Virus record (IMG/VR): IMGVR_UViG_3300049489_000321
Coordinates: 64,001-128,000 of that record
Direction: 5' to 3' (one strand)
DNA length: 64,000 nt
DNA from: a virus
The translations under genes and the position numbers were made by a program. The notes under the pieces were generated by a model. That model was not told where the DNA came from and searched no databases. It was given only the letters and a program-made list of their open reading frames with translations. Every line of letters starts with the position of its first letter. Within the stretch, counting starts at the first letter, position 1. Below are positions 36,355 through 45,826 of this stretch, in pieces.

Positions 36355-37768
36355 ATGCAAAATAACCATTAAAAATAATGTAGCGTACATTACTGGTGAC
36401 TACGACACAGAAGTTGTAAAGAACGTAACTAGCTACCCTGTTGCGGGTGCTTTTTTTTCTCCGTTATTTAAGCGTAAGCTGTGGGATGGGCGTAGCCACA
36501 CTTTTAGCAAGAAAACAAAGTCCTTTCCCTTCGGCCTAACAAACGTCGTTGTAGAGGCGCTTAACGGCGTAGGTACGGAGGTAGAGGTGGTTGACGAGAC
36601 GGAGTGGCCGGAAGTATCTAACAACGGCTTCGATCTACACACCATTGAGTTTGGTAAGGGAAGATACGACTACCAATTAGAGGCTGCAAAAACGTTTGTA
36701 GAAAAGCGTCGTGGAATACTTAAGATAGCGACCAATGGGGGCAAAAGCGCAATCGCCGCTGCTATTACGCACCATCTTAATATTCCTACACTTTTCATCG
36801 TTCCCGGTATTGATCTTTTATACCAAACGAGAGCTATGTTTGCGAAATATTTAGACGTTGACGTAGAAACGCTTGGAATAATTGGTGATGGTAACTGTGT
36901 TTACGGAGACTGGATTACTTTCGCAGTAATAGATAGCTTAGCGTCTAAGGTAGATAACGAAGACGAAGAATTCCTTAAAATTAAGGACACTTGGCAACTG
37001 TTGTTCACTGACGAAGCACATACCAGTGCCAGCGAAACCGCGTTTTCTACTTTATCAAAGATTCCGGCACCTTATCGTTGTGGAATATCTGGTACCCCGT
37101 ATTCAAGGTCAGATGGAGCTAGTCTTCGCCTTACAGGACAAACTGGCGACATTATTTATGAAATAAAGAACAAAACACTAGTAGAACGCGGGATATCTGT
37201 ACAGCCTCACCTACACATACTTACACATAAAGAACCTATACTTCCTAAAGGCTCGGCATGGGCTACCGTATTAGATAGAGGTATTGTAAACAACGAATCT
37301 TTAAATAGAAAGTTAGTTTATTACGCACACGAACACATTAAAGAAGGTGCGCAATGCATATTCATGGTAGACAAAATCGCACAAGGTAATAATATACTTA
37401 GGATTATCAATAGTTTAAAACCAGATTACGAATGCTTCTTTATGAGAGGCGACTTGTCTTCGGATGAGCGCAAGCAGTGTTTAGCAGACTTCTCTTCTGG
37501 TAAAATACGCGTAATTATAGGTACTAGCGTTATGTCTACTGGTATCGATTTGTCGAACATAGACATGGTAGTGCTCTGCGGCGGAGGAAAAGCCACTATT
37601 CCCCAGCTACAAAGGATAGGGCGCGGACTACGCTCAGGCAGAGGTAGAGATAAGTGTATAATTGTGGATTTTATGAGTTTTTCACATAAACACCTTATTA
37701 AACACTCACAAGCACGCTTAAAAACATATAAAGAAGAAGATTGCTTTAATATAAGTGTCGTTGATTAG
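36347..37768 (+). CDS. uvsW: SF2 DNA helicase (UvsW-like)
   Basis: YDYQ Q-motif, ATNGGKS Walker A, DEAH, SGTP, QRIGRGLR. Confidence 0.9.
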   Translation: MGKCKITIKNNVAYITGDYDTEVVKNVTSYPVAGAFFSPLFKRKLWDGRSHTFSKKTKSFPFGLTNVVVEALNGVGTEVEVVDETEWPEVSNNGFDLHTIEFGKGRYDYQLEAAKTFVEKRRGILKIATNGGKSAIAAAITHHLNIPTLFIVPGIDLLYQTRAMFAKYLDVDVETLGIIGDGNCVYGDWITFAVIDSLASKVDNEDEEFLKIKDTWQLLFTDEAHTSASETAFSTLSKIPAPYRCGISGTPYSRSDGASLRLTGQTGDIIYEIKNKTLVERGISVQPHLHILTHKEPILPKGSAWATVLDRGIVNNESLNRKLVYYAHEHIKEGAQCIFMVDKIAQGNNILRIINSLKPDYECFFMRGDLSSDERKQCLADFSSGKIRVIIGTSVMSTGIDLSNIDMVVLCGGGKATIPQLQRIGRGLRSGRGRDKCIIVDFMSFSHKHLIKHSQARLKTYKEEDCFNISVVD

Positions 37769-37777
37769 TGGTATAAT
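37769..37777 (+). promoter_or_regulatory. Extended -10 element
   Basis: TGGTATAAT just before the J-domain gene; no good -35. Confidence 0.4.
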
Positions 37778-37785
37778 TGTAATGA

Positions 37786-38217
37786 GTGGTACTAAAACTC
37801 ATAAAGAAAGACAACTGGGTTAAGTTCAAGCCCTGTTCAAGTTCATTTTCGAACCTGATCCGATCCGCTATTAAGCCGGTTAGCTATCGAAAGTTTGAAA
37901 ATGAAACAGGCTATTGGTTTGTGCATAAAGATCAGTTGTTGTCACTAATTGGATTGTCAAAGAAGTTTTACGAATCAGTAGACACTTCAGAAACTCCAGC
38001 GGAGTGGTTGATGGTTAAGAACGAAAAACAAACAGAAATCGATTCTCCGTATTCTAAATTATTTTTAACACACAAAGCACCGATAGAACTAGTAAAATTA
38101 GTTTACGAAAAATTGGTTACTACGTACCATCCTGATCATAATGAAGGTGTTGGAGATTCAGAAAGATTGCAAGAAGTAATCAAAGCTTACAGAGAAATTT
38201 GCAGGTCGAAACTGTAG
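37786..38217 (+). CDS. J-domain-containing protein
   Basis: C-terminal SPY..L.L...AP.ELVK..Y..L...YHPD......RLQEV.KAY..I. Confidence 0.75.
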   Translation: MVLKLIKKDNWVKFKPCSSSFSNLIRSAIKPVSYRKFENETGYWFVHKDQLLSLIGLSKKFYESVDTSETPAEWLMVKNEKQTEIDSPYSKLFLTHKAPIELVKLVYEKLVTTYHPDHNEGVGDSERLQEVIKAYREICRSKL

Positions 38218-38266
38218 TCTGATCTTGACCAAAACGCTCATTGGGAGTAAACTAGTTAGTACAAAT

Positions 38267-38291
38267 CGCCAAGGAAAGCCTTGGCGTTTTT
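38267..38291 (+). terminator. Rho-independent terminator-like hairpin
   Basis: CGCCAAGG-AAAG-CCTTGGCG-TTTTT. Confidence 0.75.
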
Positions 38292-38298
38292 CTTATTT

Positions 38299-38925
38299 AT
38301 GCCAAAAATTTCTGCAAAACAACGAACAACAACAAACCAACAAAAAGCCAAAGAAGTAGTAAACACTAAATCAGTAAAACAATTTTCAGAAGAAGAACTT
38401 AAAGCAAACGAAATGGCACAGGTGTATGAAAAAGCACTTGGCATTTATAAGAACAAGCCTGCCCTTAGATATTTAAAAGGTTTTGTAAGACAAGACACAA
38501 CGTCGTTTAAGACGTGGTTGCGCGCTGCAACTTTTGCGGAAGAATTAGAAGTAGACTATCCGACGTACATAACCGCACAGTTTTACTACATCGATAAATG
38601 GTACAGTCGTGCGCCTAAAGTACATGAGATAGCTAGTTTTAAAAGTAATAATAACGCCAAGCACAGAGTCATGCTATACGTTGCAGAGCGTACTCATGAT
38701 AGGTATGTGGTAGGACCTGTTGATGGGCGACGATCAGAGTCTGTTGTAGTTGACACTGGTGCGTCGGAGCGCAATCTAAGAGATTTAGCACGTAATTTTA
38801 AAAAGTCTGAAGAAGAGATTTTGCGCGTGTTTGGTAAGCCGGGCGTTCGTGAGATCTATTTCGACTATAATTGGTTGCAAAGCAACGTGATATTTAAGAA
38901 ACTAACAGAATTGGGAGAACTATAG
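38299..38925 (+). CDS. Hypothetical protein (start uncertain)
   Basis: ORF upstream of RNR; TTG38281 lies inside the terminator hairpin, so ATG38299 or later is more likely. Confidence 0.55.
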   Translation: MPKISAKQRTTTNQQKAKEVVNTKSVKQFSEEELKANEMAQVYEKALGIYKNKPALRYLKGFVRQDTTSFKTWLRAATFAEELEVDYPTYITAQFYYIDKWYSRAPKVHEIASFKSNNNAKHRVMLYVAERTHDRYVVGPVDGRRSESVVVDTGASERNLRDLARNFKKSEEEILRVFGKPGVREIYFDYNWLQSNVIFKKLTELGEL

Positions 38926-38928
38926 ACC

Positions 38929-40686
38929 GTGTACACACCAGAAGGATTTGCGTTAGAGATATTTAAAAAAAGATACACGATTCACGAAGAAGAGACGTGG
39001 GAAGAAGCGTGTGATCGTGTTGCTTCCCACGTAGCTTCAGCGGAAGACGGCTCTAACATACCTAAATATAAGAATATGTTTGCTGATATTCTTAAGTTTA
39101 ATCTATTCATGCCTGGTGGTCGTATTTGGTACGGATCAGGTCGGTCAAAAGGACAGCTTTTAAACTGCTTTGTTGTACCCACAAAAGATAGTCGTGAGGG
39201 ATGGGGTAAGACAGTAAGCGACATGATTGTCATTTCTGGCACTGGTGGTGGTGTAGGTATGAATTTTTCCCCAGTTCGTCCACGTGGTTCTAAGATTGCT
39301 GGAACAGGCGGATTTGCCACAGGCGCGGTTAGCCTAATGTCCGTTGTAAACTCTGCTGGCGAAGAAATCAAGGGTGGTGGCGGAAGACGTACCGCGTTGA
39401 TGTTTTGTTTAAATCTTACCCATGGAGATATTGAAGAATTTTTAGACAAGAAGCTAGACCTTCAACAACTTAATAACGCTAACGTTTCTGTAGTGTTCGA
39501 CCAGAATCCAGAAGATTTCTTTAATAAAGTTAAGAATGACGAAAACATTCAACTTAACTTTAATGGTCACGTGGTAAGAGAAATACCAGCAAAACGTCTT
39601 TGGTACAAGATTGTAGAAAACGCGTTGAAGAGTGGAGAACCAGGATTGCTTAATGGGTATTTTGCCAATAAGATGAGTAATATATGGTACTACAAACCTC
39701 TTATTTCTACTAACCCGTGTGGTGAAATTTGGATGCCGGAATACGATTGTTGTTGTCTAGGCGCGCTAGTTCTACCTAGATTCCTTCAAGGACGTGATAT
39801 TCCTGGTGATAAACTCTCTGTTGATTGGCAATTACTAAAGGATACTGTACACAGTTCAGTACGTTTTCTTGACGACGTATTAACTGTAAATAATTACCCA
39901 TTACCCGAGATTTCAGAAACTTGTAAGACTTTGCGTCGTATTGGTTTAGGAATCATGGGATTACACGACATGCTGCTGATGCTGGGGCACAAGTACAACA
40001 GCCCAGCGGCTTTAGAATTTGTCAACAAGTTGATGAATTTTATTAAAAATGCTGCTTACGAAGCTTCTATAGAATTAGCGAAAGAAAAGGGACCATTCCT
40101 TAAATTTGATAAGGAATTGTTTATGAAGTCAGGTTTTGTCAAAACTCTAAAACCTACGGTTAGGGATAATATTAAGCTTCATGGTATTCGTAACTGCGCC
40201 TTGTTGACGTTGGCACCGACCGGTACCACTGCGATGACTTGCGGGGTAACATCAGGAATTGAGCCGATGTTTGCCGCCGCTTACGAAAGACGTTGGTGGA
40301 ACGGAGATAAACGCGAAATGGAAGTAGTCGTACATCCGTTATTTAAGCAATTTGTTGAAAGTGGAAAGGATGTTTCACATTTCCAGGGCTCTCATGATTT
40401 AAATATGCGAGATCATTTTGAGATGCAACGAGTGTGTCAGAAACACATCGATAACGCAGTGAGTAAGACAATTAACCTGGTGCAAGGCACGTCTGTAGAA
40501 GAGTTGTCTGAATTATACATGGAATACTTGCCAGAACTTAAGGGAGTCACAGTGTATCCTGAAGGTAGTCGAGAAAATCAGCCTTTGACGCCACTACCGC
40601 TTGAAGAAGCCATGCAGCACGCGTCTGCTGCCAGAGGTGAAGCAACGTCGCAGGATTCATGCAAAAGCGGAGTATGTGACGTATAG
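38929..40686 (+). CDS. nrdJ: Ribonucleotide reductase, class II (adenosylcobalamin-dependent), compact form
   Basis: FMPGGR, NCFV, GGGVG, TNPCGEI, CCLG, RRIGLG.MG, APTGT, SKTIN, C-terminal CxxxxC. No ATP-cone and no beta subunit gene in the window. Confidence 0.85.
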   Translation: MYTPEGFALEIFKKRYTIHEEETWEEACDRVASHVASAEDGSNIPKYKNMFADILKFNLFMPGGRIWYGSGRSKGQLLNCFVVPTKDSREGWGKTVSDMIVISGTGGGVGMNFSPVRPRGSKIAGTGGFATGAVSLMSVVNSAGEEIKGGGGRRTALMFCLNLTHGDIEEFLDKKLDLQQLNNANVSVVFDQNPEDFFNKVKNDENIQLNFNGHVVREIPAKRLWYKIVENALKSGEPGLLNGYFANKMSNIWYYKPLISTNPCGEIWMPEYDCCCLGALVLPRFLQGRDIPGDKLSVDWQLLKDTVHSSVRFLDDVLTVNNYPLPEISETCKTLRRIGLGIMGLHDMLLMLGHKYNSPAALEFVNKLMNFIKNAAYEASIELAKEKGPFLKFDKELFMKSGFVKTLKPTVRDNIKLHGIRNCALLTLAPTGTTAMTCGVTSGIEPMFAAAYERRWWNGDKREMEVVVHPLFKQFVESGKDVSHFQGSHDLNMRDHFEMQRVCQKHIDNAVSKTINLVQGTSVEELSELYMEYLPELKGVTVYPEGSRENQPLTPLPLEEAMQHASAARGEATSQDSCKSGVCDV

Positions 40687-40716
40687 TATTGCGCTGGTGG
40701 TGCGTGTGATGTATAG
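40687..40716 (+). pseudogene. In-frame second copy of the RNR C-terminal tail (YCAGGACDV*)
   Basis: TAT TGC GCT GGT GGT GCG TGT GAT GTA TAG directly follows TGC AAA AGC GGA GTA TGT GAC GTA TAG. Confidence 0.7.
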
Positions 40717-40742
40717 TACTTGATTACTGTTAATAGGTTTCT

Positions 40743-41195
40743 GTGTCATCTAAGTTCCTTTTTGATAATAAACTGCCTCAAAGATTTTGGGATAAAGTCT
40801 TTCCTGAACCCAATACGGGTTGTTGGTTGTGGTCTGCGGGCGTAGACAGCAAGGGATATGGACAAGTAGTTTTGTGCGGCAAGATCCATTTGTCGCATAG
40901 ACTATTGTATAAAACACTTGTAGGTGACCCTGGTAAATTGTTTTGTTGTCATAAGTGTGATCAGCCACTGTGTGTCAACCCAGATCATTTGTTTTTGGGA
41001 ACGCAAAAAGACAATATGCTGGATATGGTACAGAAAAATAGGCATGGCGGAAAGAACAAGACACATTGTCCACAAGGGCATGAATACACGGAAGAAAATA
41101 CAAGATATTCAACTTATAAATACAAAGTAAGATACTGTAGGGAATGTAAAAAGATAAAAGCACTCGCCAGATACTACGCCAAGAGGAGTAATTAA
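40743..41195 (+). CDS. Free-standing HNH homing endonuclease
   Basis: RFW.KV...GCWLW....GYG...SHR...CHKCDQPLCVNPDHL.LGTQKDNMLD, plus KTHCPQGH..RYCREC zinc module. Confidence 0.9.
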   Translation: MSSKFLFDNKLPQRFWDKVFPEPNTGCWLWSAGVDSKGYGQVVLCGKIHLSHRLLYKTLVGDPGKLFCCHKCDQPLCVNPDHLFLGTQKDNMLDMVQKNRHGGKNKTHCPQGHEYTEENTRYSTYKYKVRYCRECKKIKALARYYAKRSN

Positions 41196-42664
41196 TGGCA
41201 AAGTTTTTATTTGATCGAGAGTTCCAGTGCAAGATAATAAAATTAATGCACCAAGATTTTTCTTTTTTAACACTGGCAACAAGTGTAGTAGAAGCTAGTT
41301 TTTTCGAAGATAAAGTATTAATAAGATTTTTTCAAATAATATGCGAGTATTACAAAGAGTACGGTAAATGTACCACAAAAACTGCCATTATTAACGAGAT
41401 CGAAAAAGATTACGCCTCTGGTCGAATAAAAGATGAGTTAATACTCAAATTTAAAGAACTATACGATGAATTAGAAGAACCCGTAACAGATGCTGAGTAT
41501 ATAAAAGACGAAGTAATACGTTTTTGTAGGAGACAGGCGACTCGCAAAGCAATGCTAGAGTGTGCTAGTCTTACGGATTCTGAAGATGAATCGGTTTGGG
41601 ATAAAATTTACTCAAAAATAGGCGAAGCGGTGCGTGTCGGCACGGATGCCAATGACCAAGGTCTCCATTACTTTAGAGACTATGACGACCGTATCAAACA
41701 GCGCGAGGCAGGCGATGATAGAATCATTATTCCAACAGGAATGCCCGATATTGACGGATTCTTGAAGGGTGGACCACGTTCTGGTCAAATAGGCTTCTTC
41801 ATGGCAGGTTCAAGCGTAGGTAAGAGTCTTGCTTTGTCTCATGTAGGTAAAAGAGCCGTTACCGGTGGGTTTAAGGTAGTTCATTACACCTTAGAGCTTT
41901 CTGCGTTAGAAATTGCAGATAGATATGATGCTTGTCTAGCGCACGTACCGTTTCAGAGCCTAATAGGCAACTCAACCAAAATTTCTAGCGAACTTGGTAA
42001 GATGCACGATAAATATGGAGATTCTTTGGTAATTAAGGAATATCCAACCAAGTCAGCTTCGGTAGCTACGATAGAATCACATTTAATTAATTTAATAAAC
42101 AGTGGTTTTAAACCACATATGATCATAGTAGACTATCTTGACCTACTAAAACCTACTACCAATTATAACGATTTATACGCAGATCTTGGTTCGATTACTG
42201 GTGAGTTGAGGGGCTTAGGAGCTAAGTATAATTGTGTCGTATGGACCGCTACACAAACCAACCGTTCTGGCTATGCTATGGAAATTGTGGATATGGAACA
42301 AGTTGGCGACAGCTTACAAAAGATGATGATTGCGGATATAGTATTAGCCATTTGTATGAATAAAGAAGAAAGAGCTAATAATAGAGCACGCATATTCATA
42401 GCTAAGAACCGCAACGGACCAGCAAAAATTGAACGTCCAATAGCCACGGATTACGAACGCATGCGTTTCTACGATTACGTAGGCTCACAAAACTTGAAAG
42501 ACATAGCAGACAATATGCAAACTGATGAGAAAGAAAAGACTAAGAAGAAAAAACCTGTCAAACTAGGAAATGCTCCTGGGTTACCCGCGCCAGCTACTAA
42601 ATCTGCTCCACGACGTGTTCCTTTAAAGAACGTAAATTTTCCAATTGACGAAAGTGATACATAA
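41195..42664 (+). CDS. dnaB: Replicative DNA helicase (DnaB/T4 gp41-like)
   Basis: AGSSVGKS Walker A, YTLE, IIVDYLDLL, WTATQTNR, AKNRNGP. Confidence 0.9.
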   Translation: MAKFLFDREFQCKIIKLMHQDFSFLTLATSVVEASFFEDKVLIRFFQIICEYYKEYGKCTTKTAIINEIEKDYASGRIKDELILKFKELYDELEEPVTDAEYIKDEVIRFCRRQATRKAMLECASLTDSEDESVWDKIYSKIGEAVRVGTDANDQGLHYFRDYDDRIKQREAGDDRIIIPTGMPDIDGFLKGGPRSGQIGFFMAGSSVGKSLALSHVGKRAVTGGFKVVHYTLELSALEIADRYDACLAHVPFQSLIGNSTKISSELGKMHDKYGDSLVIKEYPTKSASVATIESHLINLINSGFKPHMIIVDYLDLLKPTTNYNDLYADLGSITGELRGLGAKYNCVVWTATQTNRSGYAMEIVDMEQVGDSLQKMMIADIVLAICMNKEERANNRARIFIAKNRNGPAKIERPIATDYERMRFYDYVGSQNLKDIADNMQTDEKEKTKKKKPVKLGNAPGLPAPATKSAPRRVPLKNVNFPIDESDT

Positions 42665-43249
42665 ATGAGTTCTGCAGGACGTACAAAAGGTGTAAGGAAA
42701 AAACTAGACTTTTACCAGACACCATCTTGGCTGACGGAATCCATTCTTCCGTACCTTAAACCACATTTACCTGAATGCACGTACATGCTAGAGCCTGGTT
42801 ATGGAGATGGAGCCATAGCGCGTGTGGTTGAACAGAGTTGGCCTAATTGTGATGTTACTGGAATTGATTTAGAGAAACGCACCGACAACAACAAAGTTAT
42901 TATCGCAGATTATCTTACTTATAATTTCGGTGATACGCGCTACAACCTGATATTGGGTAATCCGCCGTACAATCTAGCGCAGGAGTTTGTAAATAGATCA
43001 CTGCAAATTGCTGATGTGGTTTGTCTTCTAATGCGCGTAAACTTCCTTGGATCGCAAAAGAGAGCGGAATGGTGGCGTGATAAGTTACCAAGTATATATG
43101 TGACTCCAAGACGACCGCCGTTTTCTACCAATAAAAACGGTAAGATCGGAACAGATTCTACCGAATATGCGTGGTACGTATGGGGATTGCCAGATCAGGG
43201 AACGGTTCATATTCTAGAAACAGAAGATAAAAAACATAGGAGTAAGTAG
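42665..43249 (+). CDS. DNA amino-methyltransferase (N6-adenine type)
   Basis: DFYQTP, LEPGYGDGAI (motif I), GNPPY (motif IV), TDSTEYAWYVW. Confidence 0.85.
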   Translation: MSSAGRTKGVRKKLDFYQTPSWLTESILPYLKPHLPECTYMLEPGYGDGAIARVVEQSWPNCDVTGIDLEKRTDNNKVIIADYLTYNFGDTRYNLILGNPPYNLAQEFVNRSLQIADVVCLLMRVNFLGSQKRAEWWRDKLPSIYVTPRRPPFSTNKNGKIGTDSTEYAWYVWGLPDQGTVHILETEDKKHRSK

Positions 43250-43250
43250 T

Positions 43251-43553
43251 ATGCCTTGGAAAATGGTTGATGCAATATGCTTAAGCGCTGAATGCGGTGA
43301 AGAATTCGAGTTCTTAACAGCAGATCCTGAGGAAGTCATAGAGTGCCCGAGATGCGAGCATAGTGCCGCTAGGAAAGTCAGCGCACCAATGCTAGGGCTT
43401 ATATGTAACGACCCTGAGAGACGTAAGGAAGCACTTAAGAAGAGAAGCGCGGATCATACCGCGTCAGAGCAGCGTAAGGGTAACATGATGTCTCCAAAGG
43501 ACTTAAAAGACGGCAAGCCACCTATTATTGGTAGAAGACGTAAAAAATTTTAG
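43251..43553 (+). CDS. FmdB-like zinc-ribbon protein
   Basis: MP.....C...ECG..FE.......CPRC....ARKVSAP. Confidence 0.7.
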   Translation: MPWKMVDAICLSAECGEEFEFLTADPEEVIECPRCEHSAARKVSAPMLGLICNDPERRKEALKKRSADHTASEQRKGNMMSPKDLKDGKPPIIGRRRKKF

Positions 43554-43582
43554 TGTCATAGTTAAACGGTACAATTTGTAAC

Positions 43583-45826
43583 ATGTATCCTGGTAAAGAA
43601 TATATCGGACATGCCGGTGGAATCTACCGTCTTGTCCAAAACATGAAGCAATTTGAGTGGTTTTACGAACGTGCTCGTAAACAACCTAAACTAGCGGTTG
43701 ATACAGAAACCAGCGGTGTTAGCTGGGTTATCGATCATGTTGCTGGGATGGTCATAGGCTGGGGGCCTGATAACAACTATTATTTGCCAATAGACCACAT
43801 CGACAGCGATACAGGCGACAGGATACCCGATCAGTTGAGTTGGTTAGATATCTTCCAACAGATGAAAATTCTGTTGGAAAATCCTGACATTGTGATTTAT
43901 ACACACAACTGGAAATTCGATAACCACATGTTAATGAATCTTGGAATACACGTAACATGTTTATTCCACGATAGTCTTATATCTTCGTTTTTACTTGACG
44001 AAAACGTTAGTCACAAGTTAAAAGACTTGTCCAAGTTGTACGTACACGAAGAAGCTGACTACTATGAAGATCGAATAGATAAGTGGCGTCATGAAGAAGC
44101 CAAACGACGACGCTCAGCCTTAAACGCAATGATATCTGCACGGGCGAAGACATACAAAACGGACTTAAACTACATGTCTTCGGTAACCAAGGAAGCAGTA
44201 GATATCATAGGCTACTATCCTGATGAACACGGAGTTTACCCGGTTGATTTAAAGCGTAAGTTAACAACCACCATAACTAGGTTGTTAAAAACACGCGCTG
44301 CAACAGAATTTGAAGGTCATTGGTATAATAAGAATCAAAAAGACGACATAAGCTACGACTGTATTCCTCTAGACGAAATAGCTCCATATGCCTGCGCAGA
44401 CACTCACTATACTTGGATAATTAACGAACTACTAATTCCTATTATTGTGGAAGACGAAGCTTTATTTAGTCTATACATAGAGGAAACCACTTTGTGTAGG
44501 AATCTATGTGAAATAGAACGTGTTGGGTGTCCCATCGACAAGGAGTACCTAGAGTCATGCGGACCAGAGCTAGAGGCTGAGGCGGGTCGCCTTGAGAAGC
44601 GTATTTACGAGCAGATTGGTTATGAATTTAACATCAATTCTCCCGATCAGTTGATTAAAGCACTACTAGACGCTGGCTGCGAGTTAACCAAAATAACTAA
44701 GGGATCTAAGGAGAAGGTAGAAAAGACAGGTAACATTGATTTTGCTAAACTAGCGTCTGATTCCGAAGTATTGGAGAGCCTGGCAGCCGAGCATCAATTT
44801 GCTAAAGACATTCAAGATTATAGACGTGCCAAGAAGATTAAGGGTACCTATGTAGACGGTATTCTCGGTAAGCTAGACAAGCGCAATCGAGTACACAGTA
44901 CGATAGGACAGTTGAAGAAGACCGGTCGTATGGGTTCTTCGGATCCTAACTTAACTAACATTGACAACAAAGATACCCGTATTCGTAGAGCGTTTACCGC
45001 TCCACCAGACACCGACGATTTGTTGGTGTTTATGGACTTTTCTCAGATTGAACTTCGTTTAACGGCGCACGAGAGTCAAGATCCAGAACTTCTTGCTTGC
45101 TATCCCATGGTAGGAAAAGGTAAAGATGTTCACTCGTTAACTTGCGCAGAAGTAATCATGGGCATGGATTACGATGAATTTCTCGCAAACATGAAAGACG
45201 ACACTGGCCATGACTCAAACAACATTATTTGTGAGTGCAACCAATGTGTTTACGACTTTAAAAGAAAGATTGCAAAGCGAGTCAACTTTGGTATTATCTA
45301 TGGCGCTGGACAGTATGCAATACAGCGACAGGTATCAACTCCTCAGCGTTACGTATCTGCTCTAGAATGTAAGCACTATATTACGGGATATCTAGAAAAG
45401 TATTACGGTGTTAAGCAGTGGATGGATAGGACCGGTCGTCAACTTAGGCGAGACGGCTACGTACAGGACGCCTTTGGTAGATACCGCCGTTTACCAGACA
45501 TTCTTGTAACGACTGATACAGGTTATCAACATAGAATGATTAGGCAAGGAATCAATTTTCTAATTCAGGGTCTTGCCGCAGACATCTTTAAGGCTTCTAT
45601 TAACAGAATTAAGAAAGTTATAAGAAATACTGATATTAAATTGATTAACTTAGTGCATGACGAACTTCAATTTATTTGGCCTAGGAAAGAATTACACATG
45701 ATACCGGAAGTTAAGAAGTGTATGGAAACGTGGGATTTTAGTGTTCCAATTGTTGCAGATGTGTCGTATTCCGAAACTAACTGGGCTTCCAAATCTAAGG
45801 GAGATGTAATGGAGTTAGCAGCGTAA
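43583..45826 (+). CDS. polA: DNA polymerase, family A, with 3'-5' exonuclease
   Basis: DTET, HNWKFD, YACAD exonuclease motifs; TGR.SS.DPNL, DFSQIELR, AKRVNFGIIYG, IQG.AADI, VHDEL. Confidence 0.95.
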   Translation: MYPGKEYIGHAGGIYRLVQNMKQFEWFYERARKQPKLAVDTETSGVSWVIDHVAGMVIGWGPDNNYYLPIDHIDSDTGDRIPDQLSWLDIFQQMKILLENPDIVIYTHNWKFDNHMLMNLGIHVTCLFHDSLISSFLLDENVSHKLKDLSKLYVHEEADYYEDRIDKWRHEEAKRRRSALNAMISARAKTYKTDLNYMSSVTKEAVDIIGYYPDEHGVYPVDLKRKLTTTITRLLKTRAATEFEGHWYNKNQKDDISYDCIPLDEIAPYACADTHYTWIINELLIPIIVEDEALFSLYIEETTLCRNLCEIERVGCPIDKEYLESCGPELEAEAGRLEKRIYEQIGYEFNINSPDQLIKALLDAGCELTKITKGSKEKVEKTGNIDFAKLASDSEVLESLAAEHQFAKDIQDYRRAKKIKGTYVDGILGKLDKRNRVHSTIGQLKKTGRMGSSDPNLTNIDNKDTRIRRAFTAPPDTDDLLVFMDFSQIELRLTAHESQDPELLACYPMVGKGKDVHSLTCAEVIMGMDYDEFLANMKDDTGHDSNNIICECNQCVYDFKRKIAKRVNFGIIYGAGQYAIQRQVSTPQRYVSALECKHYITGYLEKYYGVKQWMDRTGRQLRRDGYVQDAFGRYRRLPDILVTTDTGYQHRMIRQGINFLIQGLAADIFKASINRIKKVIRNTDIKLINLVHDELQFIWPRKELHMIPEVKKCMETWDFSVPIVADVSYSETNWASKSKGDVMELAA

